DNA of 64,000 bases, taken from IMG/VR virus record IMGVR_UViG_3300032307_000723, positions 32,001-96,000 of that record. One strand, given 5' to 3'. Position numbers and translations under genes: made by a program. Under the pieces are notes generated by a model. It was not told where the DNA came from, searched no databases, and saw nothing but the letters and a program-made list of their open reading frames with translations. Below, piece by piece: positions 9,124 to 20,687 of this stretch. Within the stretch, counting starts at the first letter, position 1, and every line of letters starts with the position of its first letter. The DNA is from a virus.

Positions 9124-11430
9124 ATGGCTAAAAATATATTAATAGTACCGAGTAATACAATTGCCCCTCAACCGGACAATATTCCTTATATTGATTTTGA
9201 GAACACTGGTTTAATCAAATTGAATGTTCGAGGTAATGGTGATATTGTATTTAGTAGCGCAACAGAAGATGAAGTACTTTTTATTAATGATAAGCAAGTA
9301 AAAACTGGAAATAATCTTAATGTAAAAGATTATTTTGCTGTTAACGGTACTCAAGTTATAAATGGTACAGGGAATTGGATTGGTCCGACAACTAATATTG
9401 CGGGTGCTCAAGGTCCTACGGGTGCGAAAGGGACTACAGGTGATGGAGGTGCAACGGGAAACACCGGTGCTCCGGGTGCTAATAGTGCGGTTTCAGGTGC
9501 TCCGGGTCCAACAGGCCCTACCGGTTCTCAAGGTCCAATAGGAAATAATGGAATTTCGGGTTCCACAGGTTCTATCGGTTCAACAGGACCAACAGGACCC
9601 AAAGGTTCTCAAGGAGCTACGGGTAATATAGGTTCACAAGGTCCAAAGGGGCCTCAAGGTTCTCAAGGACCAAAAGGGGCGACGGGACCAACCGGTAGTG
9701 CAGGGGCGACTGGTGATGCAGGACCTACAGGACCAAAAGGTTCTGTTGGAACAACAGGTGATGGAGGTGCTTCTACAGGATTTCCGGGATTTCCCGGACC
9801 ACAAGGTTCCCAAGGTTCTCAAGGAGTGCAAGGTTCTCAAGGGGCAACAGGAAATACAGGTGCTCAAGGACCTACAGGTGCTCAAGGTGCGACAGGTAAT
9901 ACAGGTGCCCAAGGAATTATTGGACCACAGGGTGCTCAAGGACTACAAGGTGCTCAAGGTGCGACAGGTAATACAGGTGCTCTTGGACCACAAGGAAACA
10001 CTGGTGCGACAGGATTTATAGGACCCACAGGTAATACAGGTGCTCAAGGACCTACGGGTGGTACAGGTGCTGCCGGCCCACAAGGAGCGACAGGAAATAC
10101 AGGAGCGGTAGGTCCAACAGGTAATACAGGATTTACAGGACCTACGGGTAATCCGGGGGCGACGGGACATACAGGTGCCCAAGGTCCACAAGGTCTACAA
10201 GGTGCTCAAGGGACTACAGGTCCTGTGGGTACTCAAGGAAGTAAAGGTCCACAAGGACCACAAGGAACTCAAGGTTCACAAGGTGCAACAGGATTTGTTG
10301 GACCTACCGGACCTACCGGACCCCAAGGATTACAAGGTTCTCAGGGAGCAACAGGAGAGAAAGGGCCAACTGGTGCCCAAGGTCCAAAAGGATTTACAGG
10401 GCCAACAGGACCCACCGGTAATACCGGAGCCCAAGGGCCTACAGGTCCTCAAGGTGCCCAAGGTCCTACAGGTGCAACAGGACCTGCCGGAGCTCAAGGG
10501 TCTCAAGGGGCGGTAGGAAATACGGGTGCTCAAGGAACTAAAGGTCCTCAAGGTCCTCAAGGTGCTCAAGGGGGTGCAGGTCCTCAAGGTGCACAAGGAG
10601 GTCAAGGTTCTCAAGGTTCTCAAGGTGGTCAAGGTTCTCAAGGTGCTCAAGGTGGTCAAGGTTCTCAAGGGGCTCCAAGACTTGGACCCCAAGGAAATCA
10701 AGGAGCTCCAGGTCCAGCAGGTGCTACAGGTGCTCAAGGTCCTCTAGGGGCTCAAGGAGCGACACAACCTACAGGCCCTCAAGGTGCCCAAGGTGCTCAA
10801 GGGTCTCAAGGGGCTTCAGGTACTGCGGCGGCTACTTGTACAACGGCTACATTAAATTATTGGAATGATTGTAGTGAACCGTGTGCCGGTTTTAAAGGGG
10901 GTACTATCACTTATTATCAACAAACAGGTTCAGGTGACCCTTATCCAACTTATAAATTTAGAACCCTTTCAAACTGTCAGAATAGTACGTGTGATTGGAA
11001 TACATATATACCAGTATCAGGGGCTAGAAACTTTTTTTGTACAATTTTAGACCCTGATTGTGGGTTTTTTGTTAACCAATATGATTGTTTTGCCTATTCG
11101 GATGTTAAACTTAAAGATGGTATAGAAACACTTGAAGGTGCGTTAGAAAACATTATGAAAATTAATGCGGTTGAATATGATTGGAATGAAAAATTAGGTC
11201 CTGACAGATATCAATTTTATTTAAATCAAGATAAATTACATACAATCGGTTTGATTGCTCAAAATGTTAGATTATATTATCCTGAAGCCGTAAGAATGAA
11301 TGATGATGGGTATTACTCTGTCGACTATCAAAAATTAAATTCAGTCTTAATTGAGGGTATCAAAGATTTACAATATGAGATAGATGAAATGGATAAAGAA
11401 CTAAACAAAATTGAATTAATACTTAGTTAA
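9124..11430 (+). CDS. Collagen-like fibre protein 1 with Cys-rich domain and S74-type chaperone
   Basis: Long Gly-X-Y tract, ~90 aa Cys-rich segment, then SDVKLKDGI...INAVEYDW...IGLIAQ...YSVDY. Confidence 0.88.
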   Translation: MAKNILIVPSNTIAPQPDNIPYIDFENTGLIKLNVRGNGDIVFSSATEDEVLFINDKQVKTGNNLNVKDYFAVNGTQVINGTGNWIGPTTNIAGAQGPTGAKGTTGDGGATGNTGAPGANSAVSGAPGPTGPTGSQGPIGNNGISGSTGSIGSTGPTGPKGSQGATGNIGSQGPKGPQGSQGPKGATGPTGSAGATGDAGPTGPKGSVGTTGDGGASTGFPGFPGPQGSQGSQGVQGSQGATGNTGAQGPTGAQGATGNTGAQGIIGPQGAQGLQGAQGATGNTGALGPQGNTGATGFIGPTGNTGAQGPTGGTGAAGPQGATGNTGAVGPTGNTGFTGPTGNPGATGHTGAQGPQGLQGAQGTTGPVGTQGSKGPQGPQGTQGSQGATGFVGPTGPTGPQGLQGSQGATGEKGPTGAQGPKGFTGPTGPTGNTGAQGPTGPQGAQGPTGATGPAGAQGSQGAVGNTGAQGTKGPQGPQGAQGGAGPQGAQGGQGSQGSQGGQGSQGAQGGQGSQGAPRLGPQGNQGAPGPAGATGAQGPLGAQGATQPTGPQGAQGAQGSQGASGTAAATCTTATLNYWNDCSEPCAGFKGGTITYYQQTGSGDPYPTYKFRTLSNCQNSTCDWNTYIPVSGARNFFCTILDPDCGFFVNQYDCFAYSDVKLKDGIETLEGALENIMKINAVEYDWNEKLGPDRYQFYLNQDKLHTIGLIAQNVRLYYPEAVRMNDDGYYSVDYQKLNSVLIEGIKDLQYEIDEMDKELNKIELILS

Positions 11431-13496
11431 TGGCGAATATTATTATATACCCACAAGGTAATGTTGGAAATACCGACCCTAACATAATTTTTGATGATGG
11501 GTCATCTAAGTTGCAATTTAATGTTAAGAATGGTTTCTTATCTCTATCGTCATCAACAATTAGTGATGGTGTTAATATCGGTCCTCAAAATGTTGTGGTT
11601 TCAGGTACTTCAATTACAGGACCAAGTGCTTCATTAGTTGTAGGTGGGGTTCAAATGATTAATAGTTCAGCCGTATGGGTTGGACCTCCTGAACCATTAA
11701 TAGGTTTCCAAGGTGCTCAAGGTGCTCAGGGAGCTAAAGGTAATACAGGTGCTCAAGGTGCTCAAGGTGCTCAAGGTCCCGTAGGGGCTCAAGGTTTTCA
11801 AGGTTTTACAGGACCTACAGGGTTTGTCGGACCACAAGGACCTCAAGGAGCGCAAGGAGCTCAAGGGTTTCAAGGTTCCACCGGACCAACAGGTGATACC
11901 GGAGTTCAAGGTGCTCAGGGTTCTGCGGGATTTACAGGGCCAACAGGAATTCCGGGAGAGGTTGGACCAACAGGTGATGCTGGTCTTACAGGTGCCCAAG
12001 GTTCTCAAGGTTCTCAAGGACCTACAGGTAATACAGGTGCTCAAGGGGCTAAAGGTCCACAGGGTGCTCAAGGACCTCAAGGAGCACAGGGGCCAAAAGG
12101 ATTTGTTGGACCTACAGGACCTACAGGACCACAAGGTAGTCAAGGTGCACAAGGTGTGAATGCCGGTGCCACAGGTCCACAAGGGTCTCAAGGTCCACAA
12201 GGGTCTCAAGGACCTACAAGTGGTGTTCAAGGTTCCCAAGGAGGTCAAGGTGCTCAAGGTTCCCAAGGTGCTCAAGGTGCTCAAGGTGCTGTTCAAGGTG
12301 CCCAAGGTTCTCAAGGTGCCCAAGGTTCCCAAGGTGCTCAAGGAGCTAATAGTAGTGTCCAAGGTGCTCAAGGTTCCCAAGGTGCTCAAGGTTCTCAAGG
12401 GGGTCAAGGTGCACAAGGTGCGGTTCAAGGTGCTCAAGGTGCTCAAGGTGTTCAAGGTGCTCAAGGTTCCCAAGGTGCTCAAGGTGCAAATGCAGGTGCT
12501 ACAGGACCTCAAGGTGCCCAAGGAGGACCAGGTGCTCCGGGTGCTCCCGGTACAAATTCCGTAGTTTCAGGTGCTCCGGGTCCAACAGGTCCTACCGGTG
12601 CTCAAGGAGCTCAGGGTGCAACACAAGGTGCACCTGGATTTACAGGACCTACAGGTAGCCAAGGTTCTCAAGGGGCGGGTAGTATTATTATGGGGGCAAC
12701 CGGACCACAAGGTTCTCAAGGGGCAACAGGTAATACAGGTGCTCAAGGTGCAAACGCTGGTGCACCGGGAGTTCCAGGTCCAACCGGAGCACAAGGTGCC
12801 CAAGGACCCGCAACCGCTCCCGGACCACAAGGTTTTCAAGGAAATCAAGGTGCCCAAGGAAACGTAGGAGTCGGTGGTGCTCCGGGTCCATCAGGTACCG
12901 TAGGACCACAAGGTGCTCAAGGGCCTAAAGGACCACAAGGTGCTCAAGGTCCTAAAGGGCCACAAGGTGCTCAAGGTCCTAAAGGACCACAAGGTGCTCA
13001 AAGTGCTCCGGGAGCTTCGGGGGCACAAGGAGCAACAGGTCCTCAAGGAGTGCAAGGTTCTCAAGGGCCACAAGGTTCCCAAGGTGCTCAAGGAGAACTT
13101 AGACAAGGTTCTCAAGGTTCACAAGGAGGTCAAGGGGCTCAAGGTGCTCCATCCGATAAAAGATTAAAAGATAATATAACACCAATGGTAAATGTTTTAG
13201 AGAAAACAACCCAAATTAAAGGTGTTATATTTGAATGGGATAGAGAACATAAAAAAATTAAAGATAATAAATCAATTGTATTCCAAGAGGCTTTCTCAGG
13301 TGATTCAATTGGCTTTATTGCTCAAGATTTAGAAAAAGTGGTACCTGAAATGGTATTTACGGATGATGAAGGTTGGAAAAGTGTTAGTTATGGTCAAATG
13401 GTTAGTTTAGGTATTGGAGGGATTCAAGAACAAAAAAGAAGAGTTGACTCAATATATGAAAGAATAAATAAATTAAAACAAATTACAGGTGTCTGA
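11430..13496 (+). CDS. Collagen-like fibre protein 2 with S74-type chaperone
   Basis: Gly-X-Y tract runs directly into [10 protein letters not shown]...IKGVIFEW...GFIAQDLE. Confidence 0.88.
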   Translation: MANIIIYPQGNVGNTDPNIIFDDGSSKLQFNVKNGFLSLSSSTISDGVNIGPQNVVVSGTSITGPSASLVVGGVQMINSSAVWVGPPEPLIGFQGAQGAQGAKGNTGAQGAQGAQGPVGAQGFQGFTGPTGFVGPQGPQGAQGAQGFQGSTGPTGDTGVQGAQGSAGFTGPTGIPGEVGPTGDAGLTGAQGSQGSQGPTGNTGAQGAKGPQGAQGPQGAQGPKGFVGPTGPTGPQGSQGAQGVNAGATGPQGSQGPQGSQGPTSGVQGSQGGQGAQGSQGAQGAQGAVQGAQGSQGAQGSQGAQGANSSVQGAQGSQGAQGSQGGQGAQGAVQGAQGAQGVQGAQGSQGAQGANAGATGPQGAQGGPGAPGAPGTNSVVSGAPGPTGPTGAQGAQGATQGAPGFTGPTGSQGSQGAGSIIMGATGPQGSQGATGNTGAQGANAGAPGVPGPTGAQGAQGPATAPGPQGFQGNQGAQGNVGVGGAPGPSGTVGPQGAQGPKGPQGAQGPKGPQGAQGPKGPQGAQSAPGASGAQGATGPQGVQGSQGPQGSQGAQGELRQGSQGSQGGQGAQGAPSDKRLKDNITPMVNVLEKTTQIKGVIFEWDREHKKIKDNKSIVFQEAFSGDSIGFIAQDLEKVVPEMVFTDDEGWKSVSYGQMVSLGIGGIQEQKRRVDSIYERINKLKQITGV

Positions 13497-15504
13497 GAAT
13501 ATTATAATAACCCCGGGTAGTGGTACAATTGATTTTAATAGTTCACTTGGAATAGATACTATTTTTATTATAGAATCTGGTTCGTTAAAATTCAAACGAA
13601 GTACTACCACAATTTTCACTATTGATAACACTTATCCTAACTTTAGAGTGAGTACTAATGATGGATTATATGTTATTAACACTTTTATTAATAATTATGG
13701 TTCTTTAATTAATTCTACAGGATGGTTAGGAAATAGACAGCCAACAGGTGCTCAAGGTTCACAAGGTGCGGTCGGTTCACAAGGTGCTCAAGGTTCACAA
13801 GGTGCCGGTGGGGCTCAAGGTAATATTGGTCCACAAGGACCACAAGGACCACAGGGGTCACAAGGTGCAACAGGTCCACAAGGTTCTCAAGGACCTAAAG
13901 GTTCTCAAGGAGCGCAAGGAGTTCAAGGTTCTCAAGGTGCTCAAGGAGACCAAGGACCACAAGGACCACAAGGGCCACAAGGATTTCAAGGTTCTCAAGG
14001 TGCAAAAGGTGCTCAAGGTCCACAAGGGTCTCAAGGTTCGACAGGACCTACCGGAGGTCAAGGACCACAAGGTTCTCAAGGTGCCCAAGGAGGACAAGGT
14101 GCTCAAGGATTAACACCTGGTTCCACGGGTCCACAGGGTCCTCAGGGGGATACAGGTGCTACGGGTCCAAAAGGTGATACCGGGCCAATAGGAGGACAAG
14201 GTTCTCAGGGTGCAACAGGTGCAACAGGTGCAACAGGCCCAGCAGGAGCGACAGGTGCTCAAGGGACAACAGGTCCTACAGGCCCAAAAGGTAATACAGG
14301 TCCAACAGGTCCAACGGGTGCTCAAGGTACTCAGGGTGCAACAGGACCTACCGGAGGTACAGGGCCTCAAGGTTCTCAAGGTGCTGCGGGAGCTCAAGGT
14401 CCGAAAGGTCCAAATGGTCCAACAGGTGCCCAAGGACCTACCGGAGGTCAAGGTTCTCAAGGTTCTAAAGGACCAACCGGACCAACCGGACCTATCGGAC
14501 CAACAGGAGGACAAGGTTCTCAAGGTTTTACAGGATTTGATGGGAATGGAGGTTCACAAGGTGCTCAAGGAGCTGTCGGTGCACAAGGATTCCAAGGTTT
14601 TACAGGTCCTCCGGGGTTCGTTGGGCCAACAGGAGGACAAGGTGCTCAAGGTTCTCAAGGGCCAACAGGTCCAAAAGGAGACCAAGGACCAACAGGTCCA
14701 CAAGGTTCTCAAGGTGCAACAGGACCACAAGGTTCTCAAGGGGCACAAGGTTCTCAAGGAGGACAGGGGTCACAAGGAGCAGCAGGAACGGTTCAAGGTG
14801 CTCAAGGTCTTCAAGGTCCTAAAGGACCAAGTGGTCCTGACGGGGCTGGAGGTTCACAAGGTGCTCAAGGAGATGTCGGTGCACAAGGATTCCAAGGGCC
14901 AACAGGTTTTCCTTCTGTGTCTCCAGGGTCCCCAGGTGCTGCGGGAACTGTACAAGGGGCTCAAGGTGCTGCGGGAACTGTTCAAGGGTCTCAAGGTAAT
15001 CCCGGAGGGGTTCAAGGTGCTCAAGGTGCTGGACCACAAGGTGCTCAAGGTTCTCAAGGTGCGGGTCCAAAAGGAGCTCAAGGAGCCTCAGGGGCACAAG
15101 GTTCTCAAGGAGCTAAAGGTCCATTAGGACCAACAGGTGCTCAAGGTGCTACAGGAGCACAAGGTGCTACTCCATCTGATAGTAGAATGAAAAAAAATAT
15201 TAGACCAATTGAAGATTCATTAGAAAAAGTTTTGAAAATGAGAGGGGTTTCATTTATTTGGAATAAAAATGAAATAACACCAAATTACGGGAAAGACATT
15301 GGATTTATAGCACAAGAAGTTGCCCACGTATTACCTGAATTAGTTTTTAAAAGTAGTAAAGAAAATTCTCACTTTCAGGTTAAATATAATGATGTAATCG
15401 CCCTTTGTTTGGAGGCGATTAAAGAACAATCAAGGTTGATTGATTTAAAAGAAGAAAGATTAGAAAGGTTAGAAAATAAAGCAAAAGAAAAGGGACTTGT
15501 TTAA
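13489..15504 (+). CDS. Collagen-like fibre protein 3 with S74-type chaperone
   Basis: GTG start; Gly-X-Y tract runs directly into [10 protein letters not shown]...MRGVSFIW...GFIAQEV. Confidence 0.88.
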   Translation: MSENIIITPGSGTIDFNSSLGIDTIFIIESGSLKFKRSTTTIFTIDNTYPNFRVSTNDGLYVINTFINNYGSLINSTGWLGNRQPTGAQGSQGAVGSQGAQGSQGAGGAQGNIGPQGPQGPQGSQGATGPQGSQGPKGSQGAQGVQGSQGAQGDQGPQGPQGPQGFQGSQGAKGAQGPQGSQGSTGPTGGQGPQGSQGAQGGQGAQGLTPGSTGPQGPQGDTGATGPKGDTGPIGGQGSQGATGATGATGPAGATGAQGTTGPTGPKGNTGPTGPTGAQGTQGATGPTGGTGPQGSQGAAGAQGPKGPNGPTGAQGPTGGQGSQGSKGPTGPTGPIGPTGGQGSQGFTGFDGNGGSQGAQGAVGAQGFQGFTGPPGFVGPTGGQGAQGSQGPTGPKGDQGPTGPQGSQGATGPQGSQGAQGSQGGQGSQGAAGTVQGAQGLQGPKGPSGPDGAGGSQGAQGDVGAQGFQGPTGFPSVSPGSPGAAGTVQGAQGAAGTVQGSQGNPGGVQGAQGAGPQGAQGSQGAGPKGAQGASGAQGSQGAKGPLGPTGAQGATGAQGATPSDSRMKKNIRPIEDSLEKVLKMRGVSFIWNKNEITPNYGKDIGFIAQEVAHVLPELVFKSSKENSHFQVKYNDVIALCLEAIKEQSRLIDLKEERLERLENKAKEKGLV

Positions 15505-15519
15505 GGTCCCTTTTTTTTT
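15491..15519. terminator. Bidirectional intrinsic terminator
   Basis: AGGGAC/GTCCCT stem with T-run, between convergent genes. Confidence 0.75.
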
Positions 15520-16495
15520 ATATGTAATCACCAAATATTTCGTTGATGTTCTTGTCAATTTCACTTGAATTAGGATAATCAGGTGCCCAAACACTAAGAC
15601 ATTCACCATTTTCTTCAAGGATGTCAATAAAATTTCCAAAGTATTCTAAAGTTTGATTAGTTCCTTTATTATTATAAAGATAATCTCTGATTGGTTCATA
15701 GAAATTTATAATCGGCATTTCAAGTACTTCTATTTGAGTTTCTTTTTTATATGGGTGTGGTTTGTAAATGTATTTTCGTTTTTCAGTATCAAACATCTCA
15801 TCAAGTTTACCCCACACTTCTCTAAACACTGCGGTTTCATAAGCCATATTATATGCATTAGAGTGGATTGAGTTTAATTCACTATCTAATTCGCTCAAAT
15901 CATGGTCTAATAAATAACCCATGGTTTCTGAGTCTCTAACAACATATTCAACATTCACCATAGTTATGGTTGCGTATTCGGTATTTTGTGATGATGCAAT
16001 TTCACCAAGTAATTCAGTTTCCGGTTCGATTTGTACCCCTTCCAAATTTTTGATAATATAACTGTATAAGTATTTTAAGTTTTCTTCGTTAAGTTCTTCA
16101 ATAACATCTCTGTAAACATCATCAGTTGTGTCCCAATATCTGTCCCAATCAGCTTCTCCTAATAGTATTTCACGAATTGTATCCTGACTAATATCATTTC
16201 TACCTGCACAGAATAGTTTTGCCAAATCACTAGTATCGTTTAATTGTAGTACAGGAACCTCACCGTCAAATCTAACATCACTAATTTGTTTTGCAACTTC
16301 CTCTCTAAATTTCTCATTATTAGTTTGAGACAAATAATAAAGGTAATCATTTACCATATAATTCTCTTCCAAATCAAGGTCATCTATACGACCTCTTCTT
16401 TCGATTATTTTGAAAAAAGTTTCGGCATCGTTAAAATATTTTTCAACATCTAATTCGGTATTATTAAACGAATCTATTACATTATCTATATCCAT
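15518..16495 (-). CDS. Acidic hypothetical protein
   Basis: 325 aa D/E-rich ORF; TATTTAT upstream. Confidence 0.75.
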   Translation of the reverse strand: MDIDNVIDSFNNTELDVEKYFNDAETFFKIIERRGRIDDLDLEENYMVNDYLYYLSQTNNEKFREEVAKQISDVRFDGEVPVLQLNDTSDLAKLFCAGRNDISQDTIREILLGEADWDRYWDTTDDVYRDVIEELNEENLKYLYSYIIKNLEGVQIEPETELLGEIASSQNTEYATITMVNVEYVVRDSETMGYLLDHDLSELDSELNSIHSNAYNMAYETAVFREVWGKLDEMFDTEKRKYIYKPHPYKKETQIEVLEMPIINFYEPIRDYLYNNKGTNQTLEYFGNFIDILEENGECLSVWAPDYPNSSEIDKNINEIFGDYI

Positions 16496-16510
16496 ATGTA
16501 TAAATATAAA

Positions 16511-16538
16511 AAAAGGGACAAATTTAATGTCCCTTTTT
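16511..16538. terminator. Intrinsic terminator
   Basis: AAAAGGGACA/TGTCCCTTTT inverted repeat. Confidence 0.7.
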
Positions 16539-16560
16539 ATTTTTTTTTAACCCCTGAATA

Positions 16561-16722
16561 TTATTTTGATGTTTTATTTACATTGTAATACTTCTCAACC
16601 GTCTTTTTAATTGCTGATTTAATACTTTCTGTTTGTTGTTGTTTTACAGCTTGTGATTGTTGAATTTGAACGGCTTGTTGTTCAGGTGTTTGATTTTGCT
16701 TATTTTTGCATCCACATCCCAT
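16561..16722 (-). CDS. 53-aa MGCGCK-leader small protein (not in ORF track)
   Basis: Manual translation MGCGCKNKQNQTPEQQAVQIQQSQAVKQQQTESIKSAIKKTVEKYYNVNKTSK*; own TATTTAT motif upstream and terminator downstream. Confidence 0.7.
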   Translation of the reverse strand: MGCGCKNKQNQTPEQQAVQIQQSQAVKQQQTESIKSAIKKTVEKYYNVNKTSK

Positions 16723-16809
16723 ATTGATAAATTTTAATTGTTTATTACTATAAATAGTGATTATGATTCAATTATAATATAAAAACGATATTTATTAAAT
16801 AAAAGATTT

Positions 16810-18567
16810 ATGCAATTTTCAGAATTAATTATAGAAAGTAGAGTTGACGACTTTAAAATAAAACACGGGAAGAAATTTTCACCTCAAAATATTGGTAAAA
16901 TCATAAAAACAATTTCTCCAAAATATTTGGATTGGGTTGGTAAAGTTATGGATGATGTTAATTTTGATGAAAATTTTAAAACTTTGGTGACAGCATTAAA
17001 AAGGTTTGATGCAATTTCAACTAATTTACCATTAACAGATATTAATCAATACAAGACATTAAATGATTTAACAACTTCAATTAACACATATAATAATCGT
17101 GTTAGAAGGGATGTCAAAGAAGTTAAAGGTGGTAAAGTTGTATATGATGATGGAAGATTTTTTGTGGTAAATCCATTAAACTATGAATCATCGTGTTATT
17201 ATGGTAAGGGTACTAAATGGTGTACAGCGGCCGAAACAGATAGTCACTTTAAAAGATATAATGAAGATGGTAAGTTATTTTACATTATTGATAGAACCAA
17301 ACCTAGTAGTGACCCTAATTATAAAGTTGCGTTGTTAAAGAAATTTGATGGAGACATGTCATTTTACGACGCAGTTGATGAGAGAGTTGATTTTGATGGG
17401 GTGATTGGAAATGATAAGTTTCAAGAAATTATTGGTAGTGTTGATAAATTTTTACAAGAAGTTTATCCTGAACAATTGAAAATATATGCCGATGCAATTG
17501 CGGCCAAAAAAGAAAAAGAAAGGTTGGAGAAATTAAGGATTCAACAAGAAATGAGAGCGAAATACGATGAAGCTCAAGAAAATAGAGAATTAGGTTATTG
17601 GAGTGTTAGTTTTGATGAAATGCAATTAGAAGGTTTGAAGGCACATGCATTATTAAAATGGTTGGATGATTATGATGATATTGAGGTTAGACAACCGGAA
17701 GATAACTCCGAAATAATTAGATTGGAAACAGAGATTCAAAGATTGGATGATGAATATGATAATAGTGAAGACCCAAGACCGGAATTACTTGACCAAAAGT
17801 ACGAATTAGAAGATGAGTTAGAAGAATTAAAAAACAAGATTGATGTTTATAATATTCTTTCTACAGGTGAATATTATGAAATGACAGAATTTGAGGTATT
17901 AGATAATGCACATAGAAATAGGAGATATGCGGTTGGAACTGAAAGAGAGGTTAAACAAAGTGCATATGATTCGGTTGAAAACTTAATTGATGATATTGGG
18001 TATGAAGGATTTAGTCAGTCATTCTTGGAGGATTATATTGATACAGATGAACTTAAACGATTTGTATATGATTTTTATTATGAGGATGTGTATGAATCAC
18101 CTGAATCTTATTTAAATGATGACCAAAGAGAATTATCTGATTCTCAAGAAGACATGGTTAAAATTAAAGAAAAAACAATTAGTAAACTACAAGCTCAGAT
18201 TGAGTCATTAGAAAATCAAATAGGTGGTGACTATGATGACGAAATTTCAGAAAAAGTTGACGAACTTAATGATATGATTTCTGACTTGGAATATGAAATT
18301 GAAGAAATAAAAGAAAATCCTGAAGGTGATTTTTCAGAGGAATTAATGGAAAAAATAGTTGCAAGTAGGGTTGACGACGTGTTATATGACCCTGCTGATT
18401 GGATAAAAGGTTATGGTTTTGAACTTAAAAATTTTATTGACCAAGAAGCTTTCATCGAAGGGGTAATTGATGCTGATGGTTATGGGCATACACTTAACAG
18501 ATATGATGGTAGCGACGATGAAATTTCAGTTAATGGAACAACCTTTCACGTAATGAGAATTGACTAA
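16810..18567 (+). CDS. GxxTxWCT-domain protein with long acidic C-terminal region
   Basis: YGKGTKWCTAA...FKRY...LFYIID; D/E-rich coiled C-half. Confidence 0.75.
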   Translation: MQFSELIIESRVDDFKIKHGKKFSPQNIGKIIKTISPKYLDWVGKVMDDVNFDENFKTLVTALKRFDAISTNLPLTDINQYKTLNDLTTSINTYNNRVRRDVKEVKGGKVVYDDGRFFVVNPLNYESSCYYGKGTKWCTAAETDSHFKRYNEDGKLFYIIDRTKPSSDPNYKVALLKKFDGDMSFYDAVDERVDFDGVIGNDKFQEIIGSVDKFLQEVYPEQLKIYADAIAAKKEKERLEKLRIQQEMRAKYDEAQENRELGYWSVSFDEMQLEGLKAHALLKWLDDYDDIEVRQPEDNSEIIRLETEIQRLDDEYDNSEDPRPELLDQKYELEDELEELKNKIDVYNILSTGEYYEMTEFEVLDNAHRNRRYAVGTEREVKQSAYDSVENLIDDIGYEGFSQSFLEDYIDTDELKRFVYDFYYEDVYESPESYLNDDQRELSDSQEDMVKIKEKTISKLQAQIESLENQIGGDYDDEISEKVDELNDMISDLEYEIEEIKENPEGDFSEELMEKIVASRVDDVLYDPADWIKGYGFELKNFIDQEAFIEGVIDADGYGHTLNRYDGSDDEISVNGTTFHVMRID

Positions 18568-18593
18568 TTTTCTTTAATTAATATTATTATCTT

Positions 18594-19370
18594 ATGGGTA
18601 GAAAAAAGAAAATATCTTTCAAGTTAAATCCGGAATGGATGTTGAAAGAACCATTGGATTTTGAGTATAACAAATATACTTTATTAGATTATATTCAAAA
18701 GTGTGAAAAAGGGTTTGATAAGTTGGAAATATATCCTGACTTTGTTGAAATTTCTTTGCACTTAGCAAACTTGCAATCATTAGTTAAAGAAAATACATTA
18801 CTATTAACAAATAAGAAATTTGAATCTTGTGATGATGAGATTTTGGTTAAGGAACTTACACCTAAAAAACCAAGAGAATTAACTCAAGAGGAGGAAGAAG
18901 AGTTGGTAAAGACTTTAAAGTTTTCCAATTCAAGATTGTTTGATACATTCAATGTTGCAAAATCAATATGGAATTTAGCATACGATAACATAGACCTTTA
19001 TATAAAGAAAAACAGAAAAGGTATTGTTGCCGGTATTGGTTATGTTTTCTATTATGATAAAACTATTGATAAAATATTTTTATGGGAATATGAAATAAAG
19101 AAAGCCAAGGGTGACAACCATACTCATAAAACTTATTTGACCTTAATCTATGAAGGTCCTTATGATGAGAATACTATTCCTGAACTAATTGAAAAATATT
19201 CTACTTGGAATCAAACTGAACATTACAAACAACTCCCAATATTTGAAATCCAATCATCTCAAAATTTCCCAATGGATGCGACATTAGTTCCAATTATGAA
19301 ACGAAAAATTATGTCATACGTATTTCAAATTGTTAACACAGAAAAAATAAATAATTTTGACTTTGATTAA
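18594..19370 (+). CDS. Hypothetical protein
   Basis: 258 aa ORF. Confidence 0.75.
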   Translation: MGRKKKISFKLNPEWMLKEPLDFEYNKYTLLDYIQKCEKGFDKLEIYPDFVEISLHLANLQSLVKENTLLLTNKKFESCDDEILVKELTPKKPRELTQEEEEELVKTLKFSNSRLFDTFNVAKSIWNLAYDNIDLYIKKNRKGIVAGIGYVFYYDKTIDKIFLWEYEIKKAKGDNHTHKTYLTLIYEGPYDENTIPELIEKYSTWNQTEHYKQLPIFEIQSSQNFPMDATLVPIMKRKIMSYVFQIVNTEKINNFDFD

Positions 19371-19391
19371 TTATTTGTTTATAATTTCTTT

Positions 19392-19607
19392 GTGGGATTT
19401 AACAAAAGATACATAACAAAACAATCATCTTTAACGGCTCTCAACGATAATAGATTAAAACTCTATTATGGTCGAGCCGATGTGATGATATTTGAGGATG
19501 ACCTTAGTGAAATCATCTACGACTTATACTTGTCCGGGAAGACCGAACAGGAAATACTAAACATTATTAATTTAAACACGGAGAAAGAAATCGATGAAGT
19601 GCATTAA
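19392..19607 (+). CDS. Hypothetical protein
   Basis: 71 aa ORF, GTG start. Confidence 0.6.
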   Translation: MGFNKRYITKQSSLTALNDNRLKLYYGRADVMIFEDDLSEIIYDLYLSGKTEQEILNIINLNTEKEIDEVH

Positions 19608-19824
19608 AACAATCAAGAAAACCAACTCAAGAGAGATTGGAGAAGTAATCAGAACTGAAGAAAAAGATGCTGATTTAAAAGTTAGTACAGGTGTTTGGGC
19701 TTATTGTCCAAAAAGTGAGTGGAAAGCTCTTACTAGAAGAGTTAAACCTGTTTCTAAAAAAGAAACTGAAGAAGGGTCTGAAGATAAACCGGTTACCAAG
19801 AGAGGTAAGAATAGTATTCAGTAG
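19594..19824 (+). CDS. Hypothetical basic protein
   Basis: 76 aa ORF. Confidence 0.6.
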   Translation: MKCIKTIKKTNSREIGEVIRTEEKDADLKVSTGVWAYCPKSEWKALTRRVKPVSKKETEEGSEDKPVTKRGKNSIQ

Positions 19825-19829
19825 TCATC

Positions 19830-20048
19830 ATGAGTGGAGAAATGGTAAATAACCCACTTCATTATGGTGGTGCGGATAATCCTTATGAAGCCATCAAGGT
19901 TATTGAGGCTTGGGGGTTAGATTTTCATTTGGGTAATACAGTTAAGTATATTTCAAGAGCTGGTATTAAAAATCCTGATAAGGAGTTAGAGGACTTGAAG
20001 AAAGCTGCTTGGTATCTTCAAAGACGAATCGATAATTTAACAAAATGA
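19830..20048 (+). CDS. DUF3310-like phage protein
   Basis: VNNPLHY...FHLGNTVKYISRAG.K...EDLKKAAWYL. Confidence 0.8.
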   Translation: MSGEMVNNPLHYGGADNPYEAIKVIEAWGLDFHLGNTVKYISRAGIKNPDKELEDLKKAAWYLQRRIDNLTK

Positions 20049-20491
20049 TTTATTATTTAATCGGACAACCTCATGCTGGTAAGACCACATTGTCTAAATT
20101 GTTGAAACAACATTTATTTCCTCAAAATATTATCCAAATAGATGGAGACGATATCAGAGATATTTTTCAAAACAAAGATTATTCTGAAGACGGAAGACGA
20201 AAAAATATTCAAAGAGCTCAAGACATTGCGATGTTTTTAAATGAAAAAGGTGTTAATGTAATTATTTCTTTAGTTTCACCTTATAAAGATTTGAGGGATG
20301 ACCTAAAGTTTAAAAGTAATGTTATTGAAATTTATGTTCATACTGATGATATCCGTGGTAGAGAAAATTTTCATGTTGAAAACTATGAGAAACCGACTGA
20401 AAATTATATTGATATTGACACTACTGGTGTTTCAGAATTTACATCACTTGGAGAATTAATTACTAAAATTAGTGAATATGGAAATAAATAG
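20045..20491 (+). CDS. Adenylyl-sulfate (APS) kinase-like P-loop protein
   Basis: GQPHAGKTT, IDGDDIR, YSEDGRRKNI, VIISLVSPY. Confidence 0.82.
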   Translation: MIYYLIGQPHAGKTTLSKLLKQHLFPQNIIQIDGDDIRDIFQNKDYSEDGRRKNIQRAQDIAMFLNEKGVNVIISLVSPYKDLRDDLKFKSNVIEIYVHTDDIRGRENFHVENYEKPTENYIDIDTTGVSEFTSLGELITKISEYGNK

Positions 20492-20687
20492 AGAGGAACC
20501 GGAAATACAATTTTACCTTGCTTATTATATGGACAATGGTGAAGTTGATGAAAATGGGAATATGGACATTAAAATGAAAACCGCGGTAATTCCTATACGA
20601 TTAAAAGAAAAGTTTTTAGAAAAATTTAAGGATAATCCAAATCCGACAAAAAAAGAAATCTTTAATTTTTTAGATAGTCATGAGTAA
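20472..20687 (+). CDS. Hypothetical protein
   Basis: 71 aa ORF overlapping neighbours by a few codons. Confidence 0.5.
   Translation: MNMEINREEPEIQFYLAYYMDNGEVDENGNMDIKMKTAVIPIRLKEKFLEKFKDNPNPTKKEIFNFLDSHE

Noticed and set aside
9211-15127. Many alternative-frame and antisense ORFs ([14 protein letters not shown] repeats) over the collagen genes
   Set aside because: Shadow ORFs produced by the GGN-CCN/GCN-CAA codon periodicity; no starts or signals support them
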